Positions 11,529 through 24,616 of a DNA stretch of 64,000 bases are shown piece by piece. Within the stretch, counting starts at the first letter, position 1; each line of letters starts with the position of its first letter. The position numbers and the translations under genes are program-made. The notes under the pieces are model-generated. The model worked only from the letters and a program-made list of their open reading frames with translations. It was not told where the DNA came from and ran no database searches. Source of the DNA: Cycas panzhihuaensis (Eukaryota > Plantae > Cycadophyta); the NCBI GenBank assembly GCA_023213395.1, contig CM041465.1:171995741-172059740 (forward strand). The letters are read 5' to 3'.

Positions 11529-14500
11529 ATGACGTCTAATTTTGGGAATATGATTATCCTAAATTTTAATAGAAATAATTTCCTTAATTGGAGTAGAAGG
11601 ATGAGGCCCATCATCATAGCAAACGATATGTGGAATATAGTAAGAACTAGTTATAATGAATTGGGATCAAATCCAACTAATGCAAAAAAAGTTACATACA
11701 AAAAATATATCAAAAAAGATAACGAAGCATTAGCCCTTATCTTTTGCGCATTAGAAGATCATGTATTTCCACGAGTCAATGAATCCATTAAGTCTAAAGA
11801 GGCTTAGGATACTTTACAACTTATATGTGAAGGAGCTGCATCCTCTAAATTACAAAACTTAAGAAGTAAGTTCAAAAATTTACGTATGATGTCTCATAAA
11901 TCACTAACTGAATTCATGACCAAAGTTTAAGTTATCGTTAACCAAATGAGGTCACTTGGGGATACCTTAACTGAACAAAGGGTAATTGAACGAATCCTTT
12001 GATATGTAGGAGCTGTAAGATGTTTTGAAATGGTAGCTACTAGTATTAGCATATCAAAAGATCTAAGTACCCTCAAAATAGAACAACTTAATGCTATTCT
12101 CATGTCTATAGAAGAGCAACAAACTATAAATGAAACTTTAGAACATGTCTTTGCTAAAAATGCTAACATTCAACCTAACCCTCAAGTTAACACCTCAAAA
12201 CAAAATGAATCTCCTCCAAGGAGAAAAGATGAAAATCTTAGAAATGAAACTAGATAAGATCTTCCATGATACCAAGCCCCTCATAAAAATAGACAAGGAG
12301 GACCCCCACAACATGAAAACCCTCCAAGAAATCCTAATGCTCTAAGAGATCCCAACCAAAGAAGACAAGTTGATAATCATCCTTACTGTCCACATTGTCA
12401 TGGGAATTCACAACCTTCAAGATCAATTCAAAACTATCATGATAACCAACCAAGAAATAATCCTACTCAATTATATGAGGAAAGGGGGAGATCTTTTAAT
12501 CTTGATCATTCTCAACCAAGGAGTTAAAGTCTCAGTTATAGAAAAAGAGATCAATTATATTGTACTTATTGTTATAGAAATGGTCACACTGAAGATATGT
12601 ATTTTTTAAAATATGGACCACCCTCTATAGGACATGCATCAAATTCATCAAAATCTAAAATTAATAATAGGTTATTTCTATCTAGTTTTTCTGCTAAGGA
12701 AGAAGAGGATGATAATTGGTATATTGATTTAGGTTGTTCCACCCACATGACCCATAAAGAATAGTTATTTCAAACTTTGGATACAAATAGAAAAGGGTCA
12801 ATTATATTTAGAGACAATACTTCTTACGAGTCAATTGGAAAAGGTAACATTGCCTTGTTAACTGATAGTGGTAAATATAAATATTTGAATGATGTTCTAT
12901 ACATCCTTGCTTTAAGAAAAAACTTTTTATCGGTAGGACAGATGATGGGACAAGATTATAAAGTAATTTTTTGACAATGACAAATGTGTCATCAAAGGCA
13001 AAAGATAAAATAAAGCTATTATTACTAGAGGTATAATGACTAAATATCGTTTATTTAAGCTTACCGTCACCCCTTCAGATACCTATGCCCTTAAAACCTC
13101 CACTACTATAGATAGTTATTTATGGCATCGACGTTTCAGTCATCTTAATTACAACAGTTTAGCTCTTATAAAAAGATTAGATATGGTTAATGGTTTATCC
13201 CCTATTGATGTTAATAAAGAGTTATGTGAGGGATGCCTTCTTGGCAAACAACATAGAGAAAGCTTTCCAGATTTTAGCCATCGTGCATTTGCCCCACTTC
13301 AACTACTATACACAGATATTTGTGAACTAATGACTACTCCCTCCTTAGCAGGTGCCAAGTATTTTCTTATATTTATTGATGACTTTACAAGAAAGACATG
13401 GGTGTTCTTTCTAAAATATAGATCTAATGCTTTCGACCACTTTGTTGACTTCAAAACCTTTGTTGAGCGATAAAGTGGATATCGTATCCTTTCTCTAAGA
13501 TCAGATAATGGGGGAGAGTTTACCTCTAATACCTTCAAGGATTATTGTATCTATCATGGGATAAAGAGACAACTTACCAACCCCTACACCCCACAATAAA
13601 ATGGTGTAGTGAAAAGGAAAAATAGAACTATCATAGAAATGGCACGATATATACTTAAAGATAAAAACTTGGGCTATGAATTTTAGGCTGAAGCAGTCCA
13701 TACCGCAGTTTACCTACTTAATAGATATTCCACCAAAGCACTTAGGTGGAAAACTCCAGAAGAATCATGGACCGGTTATAAACCTAGTATACATCACCTT
13801 ATGGTATTTGGATGTTTAGACGATGCCCATGTTCCTAACAAAAGATGAATTAAATTGGATGATCACAGTGTAAAATGTATCTTTATTGGATATAGTGAAT
13901 CATCAAAATCTTACAAAGTTTATAATCTGAAATCTAAAAAATTTATAGTAAGTAGGGACATCAAATTTCAAGAAGACAACTACTACCAAAATAATTAAAA
14001 ACAACAGAAGGACATTGCCATTAAATTTGACACATCAAATAAATCCAAATATGTGCCTCCTATGTGGAGAAATATTTAGGAACCCACTAGGGAAGCAACA
14101 TCATCTCAACTACTATCACAACCTCTACCCAAATGGGTTCAACGTAACTATGACTTAGAAAATATATTAGATAATAATAGAAGATCTATACACTCACAAA
14201 AGGTTAACTTTGCTCTAATGAGTAAGCTACTCAAAAGTCGTGAGCCTTAAACCTTTGATGAGGCTAATCAATATGAGTGTTGGCAGAAAGCCATACAAGA
14301 GGAATATAAGTCTATCACTAAAAATGATACTTGGGAACTTGTAGATTTACCACCAAAGAAGAAAGCTATTAGAACTAAATGGGTCTAAAAGACCAAGTTC
14401 CACTCTTATGGCTCCATTGATAAATATAAAGCTCGTTTAGTTGCTAAAGGATATGCCCAAAGAGAAGGCATAGACTATACCAAAACATTTGCCCATATTA

Positions 14501-15781
14501 CTAGGATGGAATCTATTCACATGATAATAAGTTTAGCCACCCAAATGGGTTGGCTAGTTTATCAAATAGATATAAAAAGTGCTTTCTTAAATGGTTATAT
14601 CAAAGAAGATATCTATGTCACTCAACCCCTCGATTTTGAAGTCAGGGGGGAAGAAAACAAAGTGTACAAGTTAAAGAAGGCACTATATGGTCTAAAACAA
14701 GCACCTAGGGCTTGGTATTCCCGTATAGACATGTATCTTAAAGATCAAGGGTTTGAAAGATCTCAAGCAGATCCAAATCTATACACCCAAATTAAGGGAA
14801 ATTCGATATTGATTGTAGGACTCTATGTGGATGACTTAATCTATACTGGAAATGACTCCCATCTTTTAAATCAATTTAAAGATGCTATGTGTAAGGAATT
14901 TGAGATGACAGACTTAGGCCTTATGTATTACTTCTTATGATTAGAAGTTTGGCAGGATAAATAAGGAATATTTATCTCTCATGTAAATATATATTAGATC
15001 TTCTACAAAGATTTAAAATGACAAACTACAAACCATTTTCAATACCAGCAGAAATTGGAATCAAACTTTCTAAGATAGATGACTTGACTTCAATTGATCC
15101 CACTCTCTATAGACAACTGATTGGTAACCTAATCTATTTAACTTCTACTTGACCTGATATAATATATTCGGTAAGTGTTGTATCTAGATTTATGTGGGAT
15201 CCAAAGACATCTCATTGGCAAGCTGCTAAAAGAATCCTTAGATACCTTAAAAGGACTCCAGATTTTGGGTTATACTACAAAGTTACATCTAAATTTCAGT
15301 TAACTGGTTACATAGATTCAAATTAGGCTGGTGATATTGATGATAGAAAATCTACCTTAGGTTATGTATTTAGTATGGGATCAACAGTAGTAGCTTGAAG
15401 TACAAAGAAACAAAATACCATTTCCTTATCCACAGTCGAAGCAGAATATAAAGCTTCAATGTCGGGAGCATGTGAATCAATCTGGTTAAAATGACTTTTA
15501 CAGGATTTTCAAATTAAACAGCAAGGTCCCACTAGAATTTGGTGTGACATTCAAAGTGTTATTCAAATAACCAAAAATCCAGTATTCCATAGCAAAACAA
15601 AGAATATTGAAACTCAATACCACTTCATTTAGGAACTTGTATAAGCAGAGGAGATAGAGTTGACTTATTACAGCATAAGAAATCAAACAGCAGATATTTT
15701 TATGAAAGCTTTGGGAAAAATTAAATTTGAGAAATTTAGAGACAATTTAGGAGTCGTATACATTAGGTTTATGGGGGAGAA
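11529..15781 (+). pseudogene. Copia gag-pol of element A (gag with zinc knuckle, protease, GAG-pre-integrase, integrase, RT, RNase H), disrupted
   Basis: ORF pieces: NFLNWSRRM (gag), WYIDLGCSTHM (protease), LWHRRFSH..CEGCLLGKQHR and FIDDFTRKTWVFFL (integrase), QIDIKSAFLNG..LYGLKQAPRAW..LYVDDLI (RT), ADIFMKAL (RNase H). Many premature stops. Confidence 0.96.
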
Positions 15782-16120
15782 TGTTAGGAATAATCCCAAT
15801 GTGGTAAGTGCACCTGAGTACTTAGGGCCCCTCAAAGCCACCTTTGAGGGCCCCTAGGGCACCTTGAGCCACTCAACAACTGCCTGGACCTACTACCACT
15901 TACTTAAGGTACATATTACTGTTAATTTTTTAATATATTTTGAATTTACCTTGATTATTGTGCAGCTAGGGTGATGGCGCTCGATGCCTCCCTGAAATTC
16001 ATTACTTAAGGGATGGGAATACCTCCCAAGTGTTTATCAACACTGCCATTTATTAGAAATTATCATTGTACTCAAAATGCTCTCATTCTAAAATCCTGCT
16101 CTGCTCCTCCAGCTCCATCA
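15782..16120 (+). repeat. 3' LTR of element A
   Basis: Repeat of 6500-6838, followed by TSD ATAGT. Confidence 0.97.
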
Positions 16121-16492
16121 ATAGTGAGCTCAAACTATAAAACCTTACCAAGGTCAAAATGGCATAACTTGTCATACTCTACATAGCATAACCATTAGGC
16201 TTCATGATGGATCTCATCCTAAGCATGAGGCTTCCATCTTTCTTTAAATTAATATTAATGGAACCATGACACTTAAAATCTTAATTAATGGACTTGCACA
16301 CAAATGGAGTTTTGATAAGAAAGAAGATAATAATTATTTAGTAGGCTTACCTTATTGGATTATTACAACTATATGGAATATTTACACTGATAGGCACCCT
16401 CAGATAACTTAGAGGATAAGTTTTGCCACCCTCAGGGGTAGCATAAACTCCTATTTCATAAAAATAGAGAAAAAAAAATTACATATACGTGG

Positions 16493-16645
16493 CACAATTT
16501 CATGAGAGAGTATATATGGCTGACAGTAAGTAAAGTACCAAACTCTAACACAATATATGCCAGTAAACACAATTTTATGAGAGAGCATGCATGGCTAACA
16601 ATAAGCAAAGCACCAAACTCTAACACAATATATGCTACTAAACAG
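16493..16645. repeat. Two-copy 75-bp tandem duplication
   Basis: CACAATTT.ATGAGAGAG...CCAAACTCTAACACAATATATGC starting at 16493 and again at 16568. Confidence 0.85.
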
Positions 16646-19600
16646 TTTCCTAATGACCGAGTAAGTTGTGGTTCCTAGATGAGTTCTTAAAGTGTCTTAG
16701 TCCTTCCTGTGGTGCCTCCTTATGAGTAGAATAATGACCATGATCATGAATATGGGAAAGTGTTAATGCAAACTAAACCGATAAGCCAGAGAATAACTCC
16801 ACAGTGACACTGGAAAAGGTCGTTGCATTGATGGAGTCCCTATCTTCTCCAGTAGGGAGGTGTCTATCAGCGCTCATAGACTATTCAATCTACACTACTT
16901 AAATGATAATTGAATATGCATCTATAACATTTTCTTATAAATTCCTTTTATGGGATCCAAGGCCAATGGCCTTAGTAGGGTTCTAAGGGTTTAACACCCC
17001 CTTAGTAGTGTCCAAGGATAGCACTCTTAGTTGGGTCTAGTATTAAGAACCTATGAGATAGTAAGATCCCATTTGAAAATAACCATATAAAACTCTAACC
17101 CAAATTTCATACTTGATAACATCTCTTTTTCCTCTTTATAACTATTATTACATATGTAAATAGGAAGGAAAGTAGTTTGTAATAAATTCTTTAGGTATCC
17201 ATAAGCATATTAAGAGTTAAATAGTAGGGATTTCTCTCTAATTAATAATAAATACTCATTGGGGGAGAGTCTCCTTTACTACTTGGTAAAGATATAGAAT
17301 AGGGAGTTGATTATCAAGGTTAATTTATAGTTATAAGCACCTTTATAAGGGCAATATATTATCATATTATAATCTCTTTTATCTATTTAAAATATGATGT
17401 TTCTTTCCAATTATCATGTGGCTTTATGTTTTTATATTTGACTAACTTTTTGTTATTTGTTATTTGTTATTTTACATGTTAAAGAGTGGTATATATAAGT
17501 ATAAATAAATAAATATGATTTATTTATATTTTAAAGGAGAATGGTATAATATACTCTTAGAACTACAATTAAAAAATCATTATATACTGGCATTTATCTC
17601 TACCACCATACTACTAGAAATCTTGTCTTGTTGAGTTATTGTTCACCTAATGTTTTGATTTCTAATATTTTTCTAACATGGTGTTAAAGCTCATTGTATT
17701 TGTTATATGGTAAGAATATTTACAAGAAGCACAACTAACTAATTGCTAAGAATAAAAGTCTGAAGGGGGACTATGTATAAAATATATTAACTATAAGTGT
17801 GTAAAGAACATTATATCAAATCGTGCATGCAAGGAAGTTCCTATATATATTTTTATTATTATTTTCACCATTTTTATTTCAAAAATTAGAATTTGAGGTT
17901 TTTTTTTGCTAATAAAATTGAATACTCTCTTTATGGGTTTTATGAAAAGCTTGCAATCTTTATTTCTTCACTATCACATATCCCTAAAGTGCAATAGGCT
18001 TCAATTTCTATTATTAAATATATAGGTTTTAGCTATTATACAAAGTTTTACAAGTTTTTTATCTATGTAATAAAGATATGCTTAGATCAAAATAGTATAT
18101 TATTATTACAATTATTTTATAGTAACATATTATGATTTTGAGGAGAAAATTACCTATTCTTAGGGCTAAATTTTTATAAAAAAAAAAAAAAAAAATCAAA
18201 GTCAATGGTCATTTGGGTGACTTTAGGCATTTGTACATTTTGATTTTTAATGGCCTTTTACCGATTTTTTTGGTTTGGGTCTATGCCCGCATATTTTAGA
18301 CCCCTTTAGTAGTTAAATTTACCTCTATAACAACTTTTTTAAATGAAATTTTGCTAAATATGTATAGGTAAAATGATAGCAACATTTTAAAACAACATTG
18401 GGCTATTGAGCACTTCATTTTTCACTCTTTTTTTTCATGATTTGTTGCATCTAATTTTTGTTTGCAAGTATTCTCATCTTTGTGGTAGCTATATTTGCCT
18501 TCGTTCTGTCTCTTTTTATGAATGAATCTACTTTGAAACTTATTTTGGAAAAGGGGACAATACACATGTTATGATTTTTATTTTTTCTAATGTTAAGATT
18601 TAGTTAAATTATTTTTAATTATAATTTCAAATATGTCCTTAAAAATTTTAAGTTTTCAATCCTATATCATTTCCATACAACTAAATTTTAAATCCCAAAA
18701 GGCATTGAAGTGTAAAATCCATCATTGAATATTATTTTTTAGACTGCTCTTTTATAGACCTTCATCTAAATGTAATTATAAATATTATAATATCATTAAA
18801 TAATTATTAACACACTAATGCATGTTGATTTCATTAAGATTTTGACATTTTTTACTAATCAATATTAATCCCATTAGGCAAAATTTGAAGTGCAAAAGCT
18901 TGATGCCTTGCATGGTAACCCTACTACTATTTTTAAGCACTCAAGCACTTATGTTTATAACCAACATATAATAAATTACTAGTTTTTAGGTGGAGCATTA
19001 GTAATTAAAGCATTATTTTAATGTAGAAAGTTCATAGTAGAGTTTTTCTTATGAGATAAAGAGCTAATAATTGGTAATTATGTTATCATGTCTTTTGTAA
19101 TATTAATTCTTGTATAATTTTCTCATTTATTTTCTATAATTTCTATTTCTATTTACATAAAATCTTATTTTAGTTTTTAGTATTTTACTTTAGTTATTTT
19201 TATAAAATTTCTAAGTTTTATTGTAAAACATATTTTATATTTTGTAAATCTTAATTTTATTATGATACAATTTATTGTAATTATGAAAAAATTAATTTTA
19301 ATTTCTTAACATTTTACTTATAAATTTAATAATTATATAATTTTAGTAGCAATTTTTAGTAGCATAAGCATGATAGATAGCATAGTTTATGTGATTTGGC
19401 AACATATTTGTGAGAAGTAATTTTGAAAAGAAAAGTACTTAGAGTTTTAAATATCACAAATGCTTAAATTTAAAAGAAAGAAAAAATGTTACAAGTTATA
19501 ATTTAATAATCTATGGCTTGTATTTATGAATATTACTTATATTTAGCTAAAATAAGAGGCTATTATATATTCATTAACCTTGCAACCTCTAAATTTTAGT

Positions 19601-20897
19601 TAAAAGAATATGTTTACAATCTTTTTTATTAAGAATATCTTGAGATTGATTAATAGTTACAAAAAAGTACAATAAATGAATAATCATATGTGCTCCATTA
19701 ATGTTTCTGAAGAAATGGAGAAAAAAAATGAGAGAATGATTAAAAATTATTTGGCTAAGTAGTTCAACTTATTCTCAAGTATCAAGTAGTGTAGCTTACT
19801 ATTTGTTTAATCAAGTAGTTTGACATGCTCATATGATAACTTTGATTAGATTATATATTATGCCTATTAGGTATAATATCGAATTACATCCACACCCTAT
19901 TCATACTCTTTTATGTATTATTATATTATTAGTTACCTTGGGTTGTGTGTCATATTAAAATGTATAATAGCATATAATGGTTAATCTTTAAGAGTTATCA
20001 TACATTGTGAGTTGTATTATAAGTATGTACATCATCTTTCATATAATTTAAAGCTTGGTCATTCTTCCACCATTCTTTATGTTTTCTTATGCATACTTCA
20101 TCTGTCATATACTTATTATTTCATTATTTCACTCACCACTTTGATTCATCATTGTTATTGAGCATCTCTTATATTTCAACTTGGTATCAAGAGTTGATCC
20201 ATTTCATATTTTAGTTTAGTATCATATCTCTATTCAAATTATAACATGGTATCAAAGCCCAAAATTCAAATCTTTGAGGACTAATTTAGAGCCCATTCTT
20301 TTTAGAGTTTATTTCTACTATTTTAGAAACTTATTTAGTGCCTATTTTAGTGACCTAATTAGTCCATTTGAAGAGTCATTTGAGGGTTGTATTTTGATGC
20401 ACTTTTATACATATTTAAGGACTAATTCATTACTATTATTGTATAAAGAATTTTGAGGTAGTTTTATTTCAAAATCATGAAGTTTTTTAATGGGTTATTT
20501 TATTACTAGTTGAACTTATTTTTAAAGATGTTTTGAGGCTACTAAAAGAGATTGTTTGAAGCTATATATATGAGGTTTTATAGTAGAAAAATAATAGATT
20601 TTTATTACATTTAGTGAGTATTCTTTGAGCATGTGAGCACCCATAACAATGTTAGATGCAAGTGATTTATAAAGGTCACAGAAGCAATTTTTTAAAGTAG
20701 TAAATTAAAAAAATGAGGGACCAAATAATTTGCTCATACAAGCTTAATCACCCTACATAGGCAACAAAGTATATTATTAAAAGAAGTTTTAACAATATAG
20801 AAAAGAGTTTAGTAATAACTTATTGAATCCATATTTCTATTAGATAAAGCATTGTTATAGCTATATTAAAATCCTTTTAACATTCAAGTCAAAATTT

Positions 20898-20922
20898 AGA
20901 GAGAGAGAGAGAGAGAGAGAGA
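20898..20922. repeat. (AG)n microsatellite
   Basis: Seen directly. Confidence 0.95.
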
Positions 20923-21048
20923 ATTATATAGATTTCTATTGTTAAAGGGTTTGTTAAATATCTATTAAAAAATGTTTTGTATATAACTTATCAAAAACGT
21001 CTTGTATGCATCTTGTAAAATCCCACTAGAGTTTCACTACCAAAAATG

Positions 21049-21051
<3 letters not shown>

Positions 21052-21093
<42 letters not shown>

Positions 21094-21104
21094 GATATAG
21101 ATAT
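21052..21104. repeat. (TG)n microsatellite followed by (AGATAT)3
   Basis: Seen directly. Confidence 0.95.
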
Positions 21105-24100
21105 AAGTATGCATTTTTTCATTCAAGGGTATGATTTAAAAATAAAGTTAAAATATGCATTATATATATTTCTAAAAGTTGAAAAGATAGTATTTATATA
21201 AACCCTTTAGGATTTAAATAAAAACTCATACAAAGAGATGTACATCAAGTTTATATATACTTCTCAAAGTTGACACCCTGGTCAAAGTAAAAGGGGAGAT
21301 ATTTTGAAAATTATCTCAAACAAAAGTCATTTTGCTAAAGGTAACTAGAATATTCAATTTCATATTAAAGAAGTGCTACTATCTTAATATTTCCTTCTAT
21401 CATACACTTATTTATGACCTTTGCCAAGACAAATCTAAAGGAAAACCCTAATGGCATGGGGTTAATAAAGAGCTTAGGACTAAAATGCAAAAAGAGATGG
21501 AGTCTACCATGAATAAACATAATCTACTATAGAATCATAATGGTGGTGCTACTAGGAAGGAATGGAACACATATAACTGCAAAGGAAGACACATGTAGGT
21601 GGTCATACCACTAGAATATAAATAGGGTGATAATTGAGATACACCATCTACACACATAAATGAAGTAGATCCATGGTAGTTACATGGTATACATAGACAC
21701 AGATTCAAAATAATAAATGAGAGAAAGTAGAGTTAGCATATTAAGAAGACACCACCCCCTTGCATGAAGCTAAAGTAAGTACACTTACAACCATAGTTAC
21801 TACCATCGCATATAAGAAGAAGGCAAAATAATGGTGAATAAAAAGAATAAATTAAACCTTAATAGGATTTTATCATAATATTTTTTATAAATATTTTTTG
21901 TGAATGAAAATTTGGCAGACTCTTTGATTTTTTATTTAGAGCAAACATGAAATTATTGTGTACAATGGTTTTTTTTTTCTTTTACATTTATAAAACTTGA
22001 TTAATGTAGATTTGATAGTTGTTGAGATCCATCTAGCCCCCTTAGTGATTAACCCCTTATCATATAGACATTGCATGTGATTACCAACTCCATCATGGAA
22101 GGGGTTAAGCCCCTATTTTTAACCTTATAAGAACTCATCTTAAATTTTCATTTGTATCTTGAGCATACAAACTCTAATTTTAATTCTATTAGTTGCATTA
22201 GATCCATAACTTAAAGCTCTTCATTTTGATAGGTCACATAATAGAATTTGGAGCTAATTTGAAGGAGAAAACTTAGCTCAAATGAAAAGTTATTTTTCTA
22301 AAACTTAATTTTTTATGTTTTTTTCATCATAATCATGTACGTTTATGTATTTTTAAAGGTTGCAATTCATTTTTTTAATATTATACTATTATAATACACC
22401 CCAAATCAAGGGTTAAAATATAAAAATTATTATATAGGCTTATTTTAAGCTCTCAAAAATTTATTTATCATTAGAGAAAGCTATTATATATTATATTTGA
22501 GTCACATCTATTTTTTAGTCATGTTTATGACATTATTGTTGGATATTGAGAGTCCATAATGGTATTTGTAAGCTCATTGAGGTAATTTATAATCCCATTA
22601 AAGCATATTTAAGGCTATAATACCCTTGTTTGAGACTAAAGACCCATTATAAGGCTATAATACCCTATTATAATGTATTCTCGACTGTTGTAACTAATAG
22701 AAACTACTTATTATTTCATTTTGACAAGAGGTGGGACCTATTTCTTCATGCTACTCTTGTATATTATCATCAACTTGTCAATGCATAAAAGAGTTATTAT
22801 ATGACAAGAAGATAAATATGAAACTAGATCCAAACATAATAAAAATTAAGATATTGATAAATTATATATACAAATAATAATCTTATAAACTTGTGGTTAT
22901 GGCAACTAATTACTCATGTATTCTAGTAGAGGGTTGCTACTTTATATGGACATTAGTAAACTTGTTAAAGAAATAAAAGAACCATAAAAAGAAGAAAAAT
23001 CAAAGTAATTTAGTTTACTACAAATCACTTTATGTAAGATGGTCAATGAAAAAGTTAATAAAAGGAAGTGATATATAATCCATCTTTATCTTCATTAAAT
23101 ATTAAAGATGAGTATTAGACAATAATATTTATTTTCTCTTTGTAAGTTGTATTTATATCTATAGAAGAGCAATCAATAGATATCCTTTTTTTTTTTGACA
23201 TGTAAAATCCCTGTAAAGTAGGGTTGACCCTTCAACATAAGATATCATAGGAAAGGGGAATCTATTTTACTAAAATCACCCAAAACATGCTCTTGGCCTT
23301 AATCACTTTAGAGATAACTATGATATGACTTCAAACCCCTAAAAAGTTTAGACCTAATACAAATCACAAAATCCACAATCTCTATTTCTCAATAATTTAT
23401 AATGAACCCTTCTTTAGCTATATTGGCCGCAAAACAATAAATATATCCTAGATAATAATAACCTCTTGATGTTATTAATCATGTTCTAGTGTTAGACTTA
23501 AGAGAATCAAGTGCCCTATTTTAAGCTAACAAAAGTGTAAACAATATATACTACCTCCTCTACTTATGGTATGAGATATTGCATCCTTTAAATAAAAGAA
23601 ACTACATGCTAAGAAATCACTACTATAAATTCCATGATCTTTATATAATAACTAAAGCATACTTGTTAACGAGGTGTACCACTCTCCATAAGCTCCAAAA
23701 TATCAAGGACACTTAAATTAAAGCACTAATAACCTACCAAGACACATTTTACTAATCTTGATCCATTAGTCACTAGTCTTTCATTCTAAAGCTACTAATC
23801 TAAATATAACCATAGTTATTCTAGTCCATCCATTGGGTAACACCAACCACTTTTTTGAACATGCTTACACCATGCTAGATTAGTCTAAAACATAACTCAT
23901 ATTTACCTTTAAATAACCAACCTCTTTTCTAAACATTCTCATACTATGCTAGATTAATCTATAACATAACTCATATTTCTTATAAATGCCTAAGTATTAT
24001 GTTAGCATACCATCTCATTAGACATCATGCCACTTAATAATTATGTTGATCTATTAATTAAAGTAGCACAGTTAATAGCCATGAGTATTTCATATCATAA

Positions 24101-24616
24101 TAGTAAATGGATTTAAGTACAAAGTCATACCACTTGAGATCACATGAACTAAATTGTAGTATACCACCTTAATACCTTTCACTGACTAATGATATAAGAA
24201 AAATAAAGATATGGTTGATCCATACATAACAATTAAGAAAATATAACTATGATCTAATATTACTCTTTTGTATATAGAAATCAAAAGATAAACATGACAA
24301 ATAACAGTTCAAAATAAATTAACTATAAAGAATAAAAGGGGCCAAATTGGTTAGCACCTTTAGACTTTAATTTAGCAAAGCTTCACTACTATAAAAATTC
24401 TAATTATCTATCAAGGAGGGTTTTATCTTAATTTATAAGCCTAAAAGCACCTCAAATATTTACATGATTGGCCATCATAATGATCTAATATAATTGGCCT
24501 ATTATTCAGTAAGGGACAGACCTAACACCAATTTATAATATAATTTAATCACATTATAATAAAAGTGATGATATAAAGATGCATTTACATGTAAAGGTAT
24601 TATTAAAGTTTTAACA

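Larger units (their letters stand above)
6500..16120 (+). mobile_element. Element A: full-length degenerate Ty1/Copia LTR retrotransposon with a ~4.7 kb cargo-bearing leader
   Basis: 339-bp LTRs at 6500-6838 and 15782-16120 (TG...CA), TSD ATAGT (6495-6499, 16121-16125), PBS TGGTATCAGAGC at 6841-6852, PPT GGGGGAGAA before the 3' LTR, and gag-PR-IN-RT-RH domain order. Confidence 0.97.

Noticed and set aside
13299-13701. Antisense ORFs within the A integrase
   Set aside because: Shadow frames of the pol coding strand.
17155-17800. TRIM element (PBS-like at about 17679, PPT-like at about 17762)
   Set aside because: I could not find matching LTRs or a TSD.
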